Positions 40,266 to 53,351 of a DNA stretch of 64,000 nucleotides are shown here, in pieces. Position 1 is the first letter of the stretch. Each line of letters starts with the position of its first letter. Source of the DNA: Camelus dromedarius (lineage: Eukaryota); the NCBI RefSeq assembly GCF_036321535.1, contig NC_087472.1:95358001-95422000 (forward strand). The letters run 5' to 3'. The translations under genes were made by a program, and so were the position numbers. The notes below the pieces were generated by a model, which searched no databases, had not been told where the DNA came from, and saw only the letters and a program-made list of their open reading frames with translations.

Positions 40266-41795
40266 TTAAGAGAAAGGAACGCTGACCCACTTGGCTTCAC
40301 TGCAGAGTTTATGAGAACTCTTCTGATGCTAGGGGCTGTATACAACTTAAAATTCACCTGGAGACATCAACACAAAAATGCAGGCAAAGTGCTCAAGAAG
40401 AAACAACTCATCTCCTAATTGGTAGTTGGAAAAAACTATACCCGGGAAATGAGAACCCACACCCTCCCCTCTCCACTCTCTTCCCACCACCACTGTCTAC
40501 AGCCCTCGCTCTCCTTCTTTCTGTGATTTTCTTTCTCCTCTTTCACCTACACAATTTTGTTCCTGCATGGTCACCTGCCATTCTTTTCCTGACATTTCCA
40601 AAATACGGTAACTACTTCCCCCCAAAGTGTTAACAACGCAGGGAAAAAAAAAAAAAGGATCTTTGGCACCAATAACTAGCATGTGTGCATATCTGACAGT
40701 CTGATCCATAGCAGAGGCCACTCCGTGGTCCCTGGGTCCGCCTCTGACTTTAGCCAGAGAAACAGACAATTCGTATTAAGTGGCAGCTTCTCACTTAAAC
40801 CACCCAAGGTCCTCCATTTCTATGCCTCAGGGCTTATCCAGTGCTGGAGCTTAGGCAGCCTGGACGTGACAGGGATTTAACATCTTCAACCAATGAGGAA
40901 TAGAAGTTGGTAGGTAAACATGCCAGCTTCCCCAACGCACAGTAGAGCAATCTCACTGTCTTCAAACAACAAAGGTTCTTTTCTCACTTCCTCCCCGTCA
41001 GCTGCAGGTCCAGGCTACTACCCGGGGTCCTTGTTAAATGCTCCCACAAAGTGATGGACGTCACTGCTGCTCAGATTTAATTAGCCAAAGCAGGTCACGT
41101 GGCCATACCTAACTTCAAGACAACAGGGAAATAAAATTCTGCCATGTTCCCCGTAGGAGTGAGGACTTAAGATGTTGGGGAACAGGAGCAACGCCAGCCA
41201 CATGTACTGTGAGCCTCCCTTTGCAAATTGCCTTTTTCCCATGTGCTTTTGAGATCCAACCACATTAGCGCATGTAGGTTTAGTTATTCCCATCTCAGTG
41301 TTGTCTAGTATTCCACTGTATGACTTGACCATAATGTATTTTTTTCCTACTGATGATTTTTTAGGCTAGTCCCAATTTTTTGTTGAAACAAACAATACTG
41401 CTATAAATATTTTATATGTGTAACACAGCTTTCTCTAGATCGCTGTTCTAATTTAAATGCTGTTTTATGAGGAGGTCCATGCTGAGTTGTAGGCAGGGGT
41501 GAAGCAAAGCCGGAACCACTTGGTGGGCGGGCCTATCATGGAAAGCTCAAAGACAGATAGAAATTAAAACCAACCCCATGAAGACTATCTATTCATGTTC
41601 TAAGCAAATAAAGTACTATTATTTTCAGAGTGCTTTTCCTCATTGAACACAACAAAAAGCCCAACTTGTTGACACTGCATTATTCAGCTCACAAGTGCCC
41701 AAAACACATCTTCTAGTAATTTTCTGCATCCTATTCAAACTCCATTGAAAATTATGAGAACAACTGCAATTTACTATTACAAATAGAAGACACAC

Positions 41796-41932
41796 CTTTG
41801 ACGTCTTCTGCAAAATGTCAAGATGAATGAATCATCTGACAAGACAAAGATGATGAACCAATGACAATGCTTTCCACTTGAGAGTCAAAGAACCCAATAA
41901 TGCCATAAAACATTTTCCGAGAACAAAACGTC
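41796..41932 (-). other. Candidate non-coding (5'-UTR/lncRNA) internal exon, 137 nt
   Basis: Minus strand: ttttcctcttctttccagtgcatcagtttttccccctag|GACGTT...GTCAAAG|gtgtgt; unique sequence; stops in all three frames. Confidence 0.4.
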
Positions 41933-42838
41933 CTAGGGGGAAAAACTGATGCACTGGAAAGAAGAGGAAAAACTTCCTCTCTTCTACAAGTTGAAGACGG
42001 GGACAAAATAATAATAAAAATTCAATTGAGTGAGACTAACTTTGTAAGAACTACCGAACAGGAACACACATAATTGCTTACGTATTGCTGGACCTAACAT
42101 CAGACCTGTGAGATTTTTCATAAATCTGTGACACTGCTTTCCACTCAAGGTGAGTGGAAAGCTTTATCTCTAAGCCATTTTTATTAGATGGCACTTCCTG
42201 CTTTGTCTTTTACTTTCTCCCTGCTTAAGCTATCATTTCTTACATCTTTTTAAGTATCATGGGTAAAATTCCTTTTACACAATGCTAAAAACTCACTCTT
42301 TAACACACATACAAAATGCCAGTTCACAATACTGTAAATTAACTATACTTCAATGAAAAAAATTTAAGTGTCAATTAACTCAAACCCCCTAGAATTCTAA
42401 AATAGTTTCACTGAAGAAATCATTTCTTCCCCCTTGATCACAGTTCATAAATGATCAGATTACCAATATAAGCCATACAAGTGTTCATTATTTTCCTAAG
42501 TGATCCTGGAGCGAAGTATAAAGATAGTTTGTCTAAGTACAGACTTTACAGACACCTGAGGTACTGACACATCTCACTGAAGAAAAGCCTAGCTGACAGT
42601 GTCGTCTCATTACTTTCCAGGAGCAGTGTTTGTGACAGCCATTTAACAAGAAGAAAAGCACAGGCAGATAAAAGGGGAAAAAGAAAAACAGAATTTTAGG
42701 ATTACTGATAGATTCTTCCCCAACATTTGCAGGATTGGGGCAAGAGTATCCATGGAGGCTCACGTCTCACACTGTCTTCATAACAACCTGGAAACCCAGG
42801 TATGAGTATACAATTCTAGGAGGTTTTGAGCAAAAACA

Positions 42839-43283
42839 CAGCACCATGGAGAAGCCTGGGGCCCGCTCCCTTCTCTTCTTTCCCTTGACCTTTCCCCACT
42901 CCATGTGGCAAATTTGCACACTTGTGTGTGGATACCCTCATCTGCACCTCAGGTCTGCCCCAAGCCCCCACAGTCACCCTTTGGCTACTCTTTGGGTCTA
43001 TGTGCTCATGCTGATGTCACCATCTGCCTTTGAGAGTATAGACTTGGGGAAGATGACCATGCAGGCCCTCAGGGCAAGAGTAAGCATGGGGATCTTTAAA
43101 CGGGCATTCTGGCGTAGTGATACACAAGAGGGAGTGCAGGTTCTGAATAGGCATGTCCCCATTGGCCCCCAGACTCTTCTCCTCAGAGACGGGGCAAACC
43201 CATGGAGGAGGGCCCAAGTAGAGCCCTCTAGATTGTAGGGCCCAGTTTAGGCACCCCACTTAGCAAGCCTAAAGCCAGTGCTG
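42839..43283. mobile_element. hAT-Tip100 (MER115/Zaphod-like) fossil
   Basis: GC-richer block with cagcac...gtgctg inverted termini and repeated gggccc motifs. Family call tentative. Confidence 0.4.
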
Positions 43284-44476
43284 AGTAATGAAACTTACTT
43301 CTTTTAAGGAAACTGGCTATCAAGAAAGAACTACATATACAAAATCATCTTTGTCAGAGCTTCATTCAGGGTGATAGTTCTAGCTGGTGCAGGGTAGAAA
43401 AGTTAGAGCAGGTGATAAAAGATGTGTAAGAGGAGTGCCTGAAGAGAGCGAGACGGATTGTGTGAAATTTCCAAGGGGACGATGGGACAAAAGAAAGCTC
43501 TCAAACCTAAAGAAAGAAACAGAACGGGGAGGGGGCTGTGGGCTCCTCTTTCCTATCATGTACTTCTTTTTATTATACCTCCTCTCCTCATTAATTCATT
43601 TCACTCATAATCAAGTCTTAACAGACCTGGATGCCCTTAGACAGTGACAAGAAGGGGACAAAGAGAATGTCAATATAAGAGTTTCCATCTTCAGCAATAT
43701 TGAAACCTGCTTGAGAAAACCAGACACTTAAATGCAAAAGCAATAGAACAGAGTGAGGTGGTTTGTGCTCAAGCACTAAAACTCGGAACGCACGAGTTCA
43801 GTAAAGGTAGAGAGCGCCAGTGTGGAGTGGCCAGGAAAAGGCTACTTCAATTCCAGGGTAGTCTTGTCAGAATTAATAAGATTTTATGGTTTCTGGGGGG
43901 AAAAAAACCTTCATTTCTCAAGAGCAATTCCTCAGTGTTCACTTTCTAGTTCTACTCCAAGTCATTTCTATTAAAATAAAAATAAATCAGACAGACAATG
44001 TAACTAGGCAAAGATAGAACTGAATGTCAGAAACTTAGGGTCTACCCCCAACTGTGCTCAATGTCCTCAAATGATAATTCAGATACACATCAAGAGACAT
44101 AAGAACCACATACACCATCCATCTCCTCTAGAGGGTTACATTCTTAAAATGAGGAATATTAATATTGACATGTACTTAATATGTTATCGTTGAATATTTA
44201 ACAATCACAATAGAGGCGATACAAGGTAAAAATTGTTGATGTTAGATACAAGTTAAGTGTTACTGCAGAACACAAAAGGTCTTTTCTTTGGTTGTGGGAC
44301 TCACCTAGAAACTCACTACTATAGGGCTCTGTATTAAACATGAAACTTTAAAGGTCTTTGTGAATGAGAGTAGGAAAAAAAGTTTTGATGGAAGTGACTC
44401 CAGACTACAATTCTCATGGAAGGATGTTGGCACTCTGGTTGGTAAAACTAAAAACTTTATGGTTCAGACTAGGGAC

Positions 44477-45493
44477 TATTAGGAGAACCCCCCCACCCCC
44501 ACCCCCCAAGTGTAGCCTCTACTCTCAGTCTTCTAGTACAACATGACTTCATTTCTGACACATGGAGTTTTCCACATATCAAGCAATTCTTCCACACCAG
44601 CTGCAGGTCCAATAATCTAACTCAATTCTGACACTGTCTACCTGGAGACAGCATCAAACAGCACAGGTTAAGTGTTCAGTCCTGGCAGACTGCCATGCAC
44701 CACCACTTCCACCACCATCACCCTTTCAGATGCCAATTTCAAGCCCAAATTGTGACCTGTACTTCTGACCAACTGGCTTTAAGTCAGAAGTAACCATGAC
44801 CCCTCCTTAGGTTAGATTAATTTGCTAGAGCAGCTCTCAAAATTCAGGAAAATAGTTTATGTACTAGCTTACTGGTTTATTACAAAGGATTTGAATATCC
44901 AGATGAAGAGATGCATAGGGTGAAGTCCAGAAAGGTCCTGAGAATAGGAGCTGCTTTTTGTCCCCATGGAGTGTGGGGTGCACCACCTTCCCAGCATATG
45001 GATGCAGTCTTGTTCACCAACCTAGAAGCTCTCCAAATCCCACCCTTCTGGGTTTTTACCAAGGCTTCATTATAGAAGCCTGATTGATTAAATCATCGGT
45101 CATGGCTACTTGATTCAACTTCCAGCCTTTCTCCTGTCCCCGGAGGTCAGAAGGTAAGGATGAAAGTTCCAACCATCTAATCACGTAGTTGGTCACCCTC
45201 ACACCCTCTCCCCCACAATCAGCCCCCCATCCTTGCCCAAAGTCACCTCATTAACATAAATTCAAGTGTGGGTGAAAGGGGCTTTTTATAAATAACAAAA
45301 TACCTTTTTCCCCTTTATTGTTCTGGGGCTGATTCAGGAATTGAGGCTCTCTGAGGACAAAAGACCAAATGTTAAAACAAAAGACTCCCATTGCTCTTAT
45401 TATTTAGGAAAACAAAGAGATTTAGGAGCCATGAGCCAGGAACAGAGATGAAGATCAAATATGTGTTCTTTCTTATAAATCGCAGTTATCACA
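44477..45493 (-). mobile_element. MER21-like (ERVL) solo LTR, about 1 kb
   Basis: caattctgacactgtctacctggagacagcatca...ttataaatcgcagttatcaca; perfect 5-bp TSD gggac at 44472-44476 and 45494-45498. Confidence 0.85.
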
Positions 45494-46261
45494 GGGACCA
45501 ATGGATTCATCATGAAGAGAGTCCAGAGAGAAAGTGACAAGTTTTTTGCCTTATCACAAAGTAAAATGGAGACTAAGTGATGGGCAAATGGCCAAGCAGC
45601 ACCTACACCAGATAAATTAGAGCAATGTTCTTTGGTAACAACTCAAAGGACCATTAGCAGATGTACAGGTGCCCCATCATCCACTTACCCTAGGACAGCC
45701 CAAATAAATCTACATGGCTGGATTTCAGATTCTGAGTCTGATTACAGAAGCACCAGCCCCTAAGCGTAATCAGAGGCCAGAATATAATAGTAACATGACT
45801 TATCAAAACCTTGCCTCCAACTCTGTCCTGTCAGCTCAGCATTAATGACTGGAAGAAGCAACAGGATCTTCACTAGTTGGGTTAGAGTGTTTGGGATGTA
45901 AGCCTCTGATTGCAGTTAAATGACAGCAAACTCAACAGGATTCACCACATCAACGATCATAGCTGTGGAAGCAATTACCACTCTCCTGACATAAGTGGGG
46001 ATAAGGGACGGTAGGAATCTAAGTCAGCCTTGCAGTTGACCTGGATTGACTGTCGTCTGCATTTGGTCATAACTAATTTCCAAAGAAGTTTGCAGATCAT
46101 CTCCTTCTGGGAGGCCAACTTGCAGGGCTTAAGTGTTGGATAAATTAACTCTTACCTGAAGGAAGGTTATTTATGTAAAAACCAATCTAGAAATAAGATT
46201 TGGAATTTATCTCAAGCAAAACAAATGAACAGTATATTTGGGCAGAGTCAAAACAGAAAGC

Positions 46262-47190
46262 AACTCTAGCAGATTTAATCAGCAATGCTAGTTCTTCAGC
46301 CTTCCCTATATCCACACCCTTTGTTGCGTGACTTTGCAGTTCCTCACTTTAAGAAGTGGAGAATATTTCTCTGCCACCTGCTGCTTGGTTCAGCCATTTG
46401 ATTGTTTTGACATTAGGATGTTTGCATATGATGCAAACTGACACTTGTAAAAGTGCTTGGGAAGTAGGTTTGCTCTCATACCTGATCTAATAATTAAATT
46501 GAAATAAGGCAGCTGAACAGGAGAAAAACAAATTTAATTTTGTACATATGGTTGCCCCATAAAGACATGAGACTCCTTAGCACTCAGGCAATTGAGTCAG
46601 GCAATTCACAATTTCCATAAAATTCATGGCACAATTCCACCAAGCTGATGGCAGTTATATACCATCCTGAGCTAAGAAGGGGGTAGGGATCTGGGGCTTC
46701 AGAAGAGGAAAATAATTCACAGGAAGATGAGAAGAGCAAATGTTTGGTAAACACATGTTTGCCAGGCCATGCAGACAAATCTTTATGATGTAAAAAGTTA
46801 TCTCTGGTAATAGCTCTCTTCCTGGTACAAGTCTGCTATCTCAATTCTTTTAGGTATTTAAGGCAGAAGTAAAAAGCTCTTTCTGAGTCTGCTGGGCACC
46901 AATTATCTTCAGCTTGAAATAATCCACATGCCAAAGTGGCACATTCTGGTGCAGCCTGCCCTGGACCCCCTCGAGGACATGGCCAGCTAGTACACTGGTC
47001 CTAGGAAGAAGGCTGGAGACATGTGGATCAGAGCCCCCCAGCCAAGCTTAGTCTGGATTGGCCAGAGACCAGCAGAACCACTCACCTGATCCTACCTCAG
47101 ATCAGCCAACTTCCAATCTGAACCACAGACTCAAAAGAAATAAGTGATTTTTATTTTAAGCACTAAATTCTGGAGTGAAAGCAATAACTC
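46262..47190 (+). mobile_element. MLT1 LTR interrupted by an ERV1 LTR
   Basis: ttgcgtgactttgcagttcctc...cagccatttgattg...; resumes after about 46975 with gagacatgtggatcagag...tgatttttattttaagcactaaattctgg. Confidence 0.7.
46485..46972 (-). mobile_element. ERV1-class LTR (same family as 59005-59541)
   Basis: aacaggagaaaaacaaatttaattttgtac...aaataatccacatgccaaagtggcacattctgg. Confidence 0.75.
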
Positions 47191-48537
47191 AGGGGGACAA
47201 TGTTCAAAACTATCTTGAGGAAGTGTTTTCACTTTGAGTATACTAAAAAGAAAAGTGTAAGAGATGACATTGAAGGGCTAAAGGGGAATTCTTTAGCAAT
47301 GACTTCAGTGCATATAAAGAAAGGTATCACAAAAACAATTAGAACATCTGAAATACTGGAAATACATAAGTATTGCTAATTAGGGGGAGTGAAACAAGTG
47401 TCCTTAGACAAAGCTCAAGAACTTTTCTATAGTCATATGTACCTTTATATTAGTAATATGCCCAAGAGAGCATTCTTCATTTTGTTCTTACTAAATCTTT
47501 TTAAGTTAACAAGGCTCTTCACTTTATGTTATAAAATAATATTTCTTTACCTTCCATAAAGGTGTGTAATCATGCTAATAGGATTAAGATGATTTATAAA
47601 CTAAAGGGAGTGGAAAAAGACCAAATATGCCCATATTTCCATATCTCCACAATTTCCATAAAATTCATAACACAATTCCATCAAGCTAATGGCACTTAAT
47701 ATGTATTAGTTGGTAAACATTTTCATAAGGTGGAAGAAACAAAATCTAATAAAAGAACTCCACTCTGAGGCAAAATTGGTTTATTATTCAGGACACCAAC
47801 AGTCTCAGAAATTAATTCAACATTTTTTAGGTCAGTACAGACATTCAGAGGTACTTTGTTTACCAATGAAACTATTTGTTCTGGACAAAACCTTTATCTT
47901 ACTACTTCTGTTAACACCATGGAATTAGAAGAATCCAGGTAGGTATCTAGCATCAGATCAAAACAGGTCAGATGCACCTGTATCAGAAACGAGAACTACA
48001 AAAGAGAGGGTTGACTGCTTTCACCAAAAAGCATGCCATCATTCAGGTTGCATCATTCAAGCAGATGAGTATTCAAGGAGTAGAATGGGTGGAGCAGGAC
48101 CAGGAAGGAGGTGGGTTTGATTCTAAGTCATGTAGCAATCGAAAAGAAGAAAAGGTAATTTCTAGAGTCATTAGGAAAAGCTCATGGGGGAAATGGTACA
48201 TATATTGGGCTACAGACTGACGCACTGCCAGGCCAGCCAGAGGAAGACAGTGATTCAAAAACCAACAACAACAGAAACAAAAATAAATGTCATTAAATGA
48301 AGACTAATGAAAATTCTTATACCATTAGAATGATACCTTTAGACTATGAACAAATATTAACTTCAATCCAATCATGCATCTGAAAATAAATGCCCTTTGC
48401 ATGATTTAGTTTCTTATTTTAGAACCCCAAGGACTTCCTCCTATTATGGAATACTTACTGTCCCATGAATCAGAAGTGAGGAGTAAGACTATTTTAAGGA
48501 AGATAGACAAATGACAAAACAAGAACTACATGGCTAA

Positions 48538-49105
48538 TGAAACCGAGCAGGACCCTTATGGGGCCCTCCTGGGTACAAATTCTTTCCACGAGCCCCATTT
48601 CTTGTTTGTAGGAAATGGGCTTCATTCGGCCTCCCAGATCTTCCCTGAGTTTCAAAGGGCAGATTCAAACAGTTGATAATCAGAGAAGGGGAGGGGTGCA
48701 GAAACAAGGGAGGGACAGTCAAGAAACAATAGTGCAGCACTAAAGCAGAGTCCTAGTTCCTCCTCAAGGGATAAACATCCAGGTATCTCTGAGCTCTTCT
48801 GCAGGAACTAAGGCCCCACCCAGGTGGAGGATGGAAACTTCAGGCTGAGCACAAGATTCCTGGAACACTGCCCTGTTACCTCACCAGCAACCAATCAGAA
48901 GAAAGTCACACATTCTGCTGCCCTCACCTCAAATTCTGCCTATAAAAACTCCTCCCCAAAAACCATTGGAGAGTTTGGGTCTTTTGAGCATGAGCTGCTT
49001 GTTCTCCTTGCTAGGCCCTGCGATAAACCTTTCTCTGCTCCAAACTCCGACTTTTCAGTTTGCTTGGCCTCACTGTGCATCGGGCACACAAACTTGCATT
49101 CAACA
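48538..49105 (+). mobile_element. ERV1-class solo LTR
   Basis: tgaaaccgagcaggaccc...aaccaatcag (CCAAT)...cctataaaaac (TATA)...gataaacc (degenerate poly-A signal)...gcatcgggcacac...aaca. Confidence 0.85.
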
Positions 49106-49432
49106 GTCCCCTATGGTCACCTAACTTCTGTCCTCCCTATCCCTATTCTCCTAGTACCTATCTCTGCCATACCTCTGGTTCCAGAAAAGCAGGACTGCAC
49201 ATATTTCTTGCCTTTAAGAAGCAGAATCATACAGATGAACAGAGAATACCAACTAGCAAGAACCATGAATAGAATATGCAAAGATGTTGACCCCCAATAC
49301 CAACATTAGACTTCATTAGGCACCAAATAACCTGAAATTCCCTTTCTACATTTGAAAACAAGAATAAAGCAAAATCTAAACTTTTATAATTAGAGCTGTG
49401 AACCAGTAGCTTTTCTTTTCTTACTTTCTTAT

Positions 49433-49736
49433 TAATATCGAGTAAGACCCTGCAGGGCACCCCTCCTCCAACCACTGCCTCTTGTTTACAGAAATGCTGA
49501 AGTCTCCCAGGCCTCCCTGAGTCATAGAAGAGCAGGCCCAAGCAGTTGATGATTAGGACAAGTCTGCACACAGTAGGGGATGGTGACAACTCTGACCACC
49601 TATCTCAATGACTAACTGCGATTGCTTCCGTTTCCTTTTAAAATTTTCATGGCTGAGAAGAATCTTTGGAGATGGTTTTTAAGGACACTGAATCCACCAG
49701 ATTGCAGGCATTCTGATTAAAAGCAACTTTCCTTTT
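49433..49736 (+). mobile_element. ERV1-class LTR, 3'-truncated by the next LTR
   Basis: Related start (cgagtaagaccc...cttgttt...aggcctccctgagtca), ctgattaaaagcaactttcc, then an abrupt switch. Confidence 0.7.
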
Positions 49737-50289
49737 TGTTACCATGGCTGCTGCCCCTAGAATCACACCCTTGTCCCTCCCTTGAATATAAACCAATTAC
49801 TCTTATCTAAGTCTCAGGAGGCAGCCCCAAAGAGAAGAAACAAGAACTGGTTAGAACCAACTAGGCCCAAGATGGCAGAGGATTTACCATCCAGTGGATC
49901 TTGAGCCTCATTATATGCTCCTTGTAATGTGCTAAATGACACACCCACCAGCGCCATTATAGCTGACTGCCATGACAATAACAGGAAAAGTCTGAACAAG
50001 GATGGAAAAAAAAAAAGGCAATTTGCTCCAGCATACCCTGAACAAGGATATGATGGCCAAAGCCTCTAATAAACATCCACATGGCCAGACCCGGAGCTGG
50101 AGCTGTCTCTACTGGCCATCTCGGCTGACAGCTCTCTGTTCAAGCACTTTCTTTCCTTTTCCTCTTTTGAGAAATCAAGCAGCTTTTCACTTTGTCCCTC
50201 TGCCTCTGCTGTGAATTCTTTCACAGCCAGCGGCAAGGACCCACACTTTGGCGGGCTTCCTAACTTGGGGGTCTCACCATCTGCTAACA
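49737..50289 (+). mobile_element. ERV-class solo LTR
   Basis: tgttacc...ggcccaagatggcag...gtgaattctttcacagccagcggcaaggaccc...ctaaca (TG...CA termini). Confidence 0.7.
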
Positions 50290-52737
50290 GTTTCATATAT
50301 AAAACATCTAAATCATCAATATTAAGGCCCCCCTCCCCTGAGCATTTCTGCATTTTAAGCATATTATTAATTACAGAAAGGCTATGGTTGTGATATAAAT
50401 AAGCAATAGGCCACAAAGCACATTTCCCAACATCGTCTTGTGGCTGCTGGGGTGGGGAAAGGCGGGAAAGGCCAGCAATGTGGGCTGGACAATCTGGGCG
50501 GGGGGATGGAAATACAGAAGAAAATCTGGGGTCTAATTAACCAAAATGTCTCCTCCCTGTGTGACAATCCCACTCCTGACAGACAGCAGAGCTCCACTTT
50601 ACAAACTTCTGCAAGCAAAGCTTTCAAGCTAATATTGCTTCAAGGCCCATCATTCTGCCAGAGGTGGCAATACCTTAATTTGTCACTGTCAAACAGGCAA
50701 ATTTCTTTAATGTCTGCTTATTGTTGTTGTGTTCTGCCATCTTGGGACATACCAGCTTGCTAACATAGCAAGCACACTGGAGATCAACTTCAGGGACATC
50801 AAACAGGGCCCATCGCTCTGAACCACCCGCTGTGCTAACCATCCTAGCGAGAGTGATGTGGCTCAGATGAGGGTATTTGCTGGGCCACAGGCTGTCCAAA
50901 TGTTTCTGCGGGCCTGGCCGTGATGCCTCCAGGAGAGGATGCTGATGAGCAGATATCTATTTCTCTGACACTGAACATTGAATTTGAAACACTCATTCAT
51001 AATATATGAAATGCTCCATCCTTCTTCCTATTAGAGGCCCCAAATCCATCTCTCAGCACACAGGGAGAACTGAAGTATGGGCACAGAGGATTTCTATCCA
51101 GAAGCATCCGAAGAGATTTCTCTCAAGGTCGGGTCAAAGGACCCCTGTAGAAAATCCCACTTGAGGTTTCCAGGTCCTTCACCTGCATCTAATTCAAGGG
51201 ACTCTGGATTAGTTCAGAGTCAAGGAGAGCAAAAAGCATTAGGCTCCAAGCGTTCCCTGCCATGCGTATTTTCCCCCGTGTGATTCACTAGTTCCTGTTT
51301 CAATGTGAGAGTTTTTCACCAATGAACAGAACCAGGGCGAGATTTTTGTGTCGTGTCCTGAAAAGCTATGGGGAAAATAATACTTAACTCTGACACATGA
51401 TGTAGGAGTGTGCAGTTAAAGGTTGACAGAAGCCAATATTTACAATGTTATTTAGAAATGATAGGACAGTTAGTTACAAAACCCTCCAAAACCTTTACAA
51501 TAACTCTCTTCCAAGGGTCCTTGCTGTGGGATCAGCTTCCAGTCGGAAACTGCCTGACAACAAAGACATTCGGTGCTAGGAGAATGGCAGCAAAATGAGC
51601 AAGACATTTGAAACATCCCCTGCAACCACCCAAAGAGGGAGGAAGGCTCTATGCTGTGGCTCACCGGGGGGAAAACTGCCCCTCAAGGATCGGCATCAGA
51701 CAAAGTGTCAGGGCAGAATTCCATAGGAGCATTTCATCACTAGTGCGAGGATTACAGTCAGTCATGGGGTTTTACAGGCCCCAGTGTTTAAGGGCACTCC
51801 AGTTTAGGTTGTGCCTAATATTTTCTTCTTCTTACCACAGATTTCCTCATTTACACTGTGATCTGCTTTCTCTTCCCACCTTTTTATTGAAATCACCTTA
51901 TGAGAGTGGACTTTTTGCTTCGTTCTCATCCTGATCGACTGCTAGAGTACTTTCTCCTCTCCTCTGTTGAATCTTCCTCTCTTGGTTTCCTAGAGGTTGC
52001 CCTTTTGGGGTTTTCCTGCTCCCCCTCTCCCATCTCCCCTTGGCTTTCCTGCCCCACCTAGTCCCTGTTTATACTTAACGTTAACACTAACCTTGAAACC
52101 CTGCTTCTCAGACCTACCATTCTCCTTGTCACAGAGACACCTTTGAATACAACTTCTCCTTTCTCCCCAGTAACCAGTCATCACCAAGACTTTCCAAATC
52201 TCCTTTAATTCAGCCCACATTTTCTGCACACCCGTCTGTGAAAAGCACAGTAGGAGTTACTGGGGATTCCAAAGGAATAGGCCCCATCCTTGGGGTGGGG
52301 ACAGATGCCAACGACCATGTAATGTAAGAAAGAGACATGAAACACCGTTTTCCATAAGGCTTGTCTAGTCTTCGCTGCAACTGCTCCTGGTGCCAGCCAG
52401 GCTGATGTGTCCACTACTGTGACAGCCTCTTTACAAGAGGCCATGAGATCACATTTTTTCACACCCTGACTGCCTGCACGCTTCTTTTGGGCTTTTCTTC
52501 CCAAAAGTCTAAAATGTTTTCCCACCCAAATGTTAACCGCTTCCAGCCAAAATCCCTCTACCTGGTTTTCGGGCTTCTACATAAGCTGTTATCAGCCTGC
52601 CAGTAATACAGAACTTCTTGCTTGATAACAAATTAAATCTCAACTATTCAGTGGGTCCTTCCCTGACAAGTAACAGCCCTCAGTGATCTCTTCTTCTTCT
52701 GGAACCCTCAAGTGCCAAAAAGTAAATACAACAAGTT

Positions 52738-53050
52738 ATCTCTTAGTCCATTTAGGCTGCTATGACAAAATTCCACAGACTGGATAGCTTCTAAGCAACA
52801 GAAACATTTCTCCAAGTTCTGGAGACCATGTTGGTACCCTGATTGAGAAAGGGCTCTCTTCCTGGTCTCAGACTGGTGTGCCCTCACATGGTGGAAGGGG
52901 GCAAGGAAGCTCTCTGGGGCCTCTTTTATAAGGGCATTAATCCCATTCACAAGGGCAGAGCCTTCCATAGGCCCCACCTCCTAACACCATCCATCACCTT
53001 AGGGGTAAGGTTTCAACACATGCATTTTGGGGAACACATACAGGCTATAT
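52738..53050 (-). mobile_element. MLT1A-like MaLR LTR inside an L2 fragment
   Basis: tcttagtccatttaggctgctatgacaaaattccacagactgg...ttataagggcattaatcccattca...aggtttcaacacatg. Confidence 0.85.
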
Positions 53051-53351
53051 CAAGTAATTTAGTATTTGTTTAATGATCTTATGTTTCTTAATTGTCACAT
53101 AGGTACTCATTTTTTTTCTTAATTAAAAGATACATGAGGACAGGGTTCTTGTCCTATTTATCCATCATATCCCATGAAGCACTTTGTTAGTATTTATTGG
53201 AAGAAAGAAGATAGAGAAGAAATGAAAGAAATATTAATTAAAATCTTCCTATGTGTCAGACACCTTGGGATGCATATATTTTAAAGTACAACCACACTGG
53301 AAAGTGGTCTGTTGTTACCTAGTAAACTTAGAGACGTGTCTTCTACAAAAC

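Noticed and set aside
42735..43238. Longest ORF (167 aa)
   Set aside because: TTG start, lies over a GC-richer transposon fossil, no recognisable domain.
48824..49309. 161-aa ORF
   Set aside because: GTG start inside a solo LTR; no gag/pol/env similarity.
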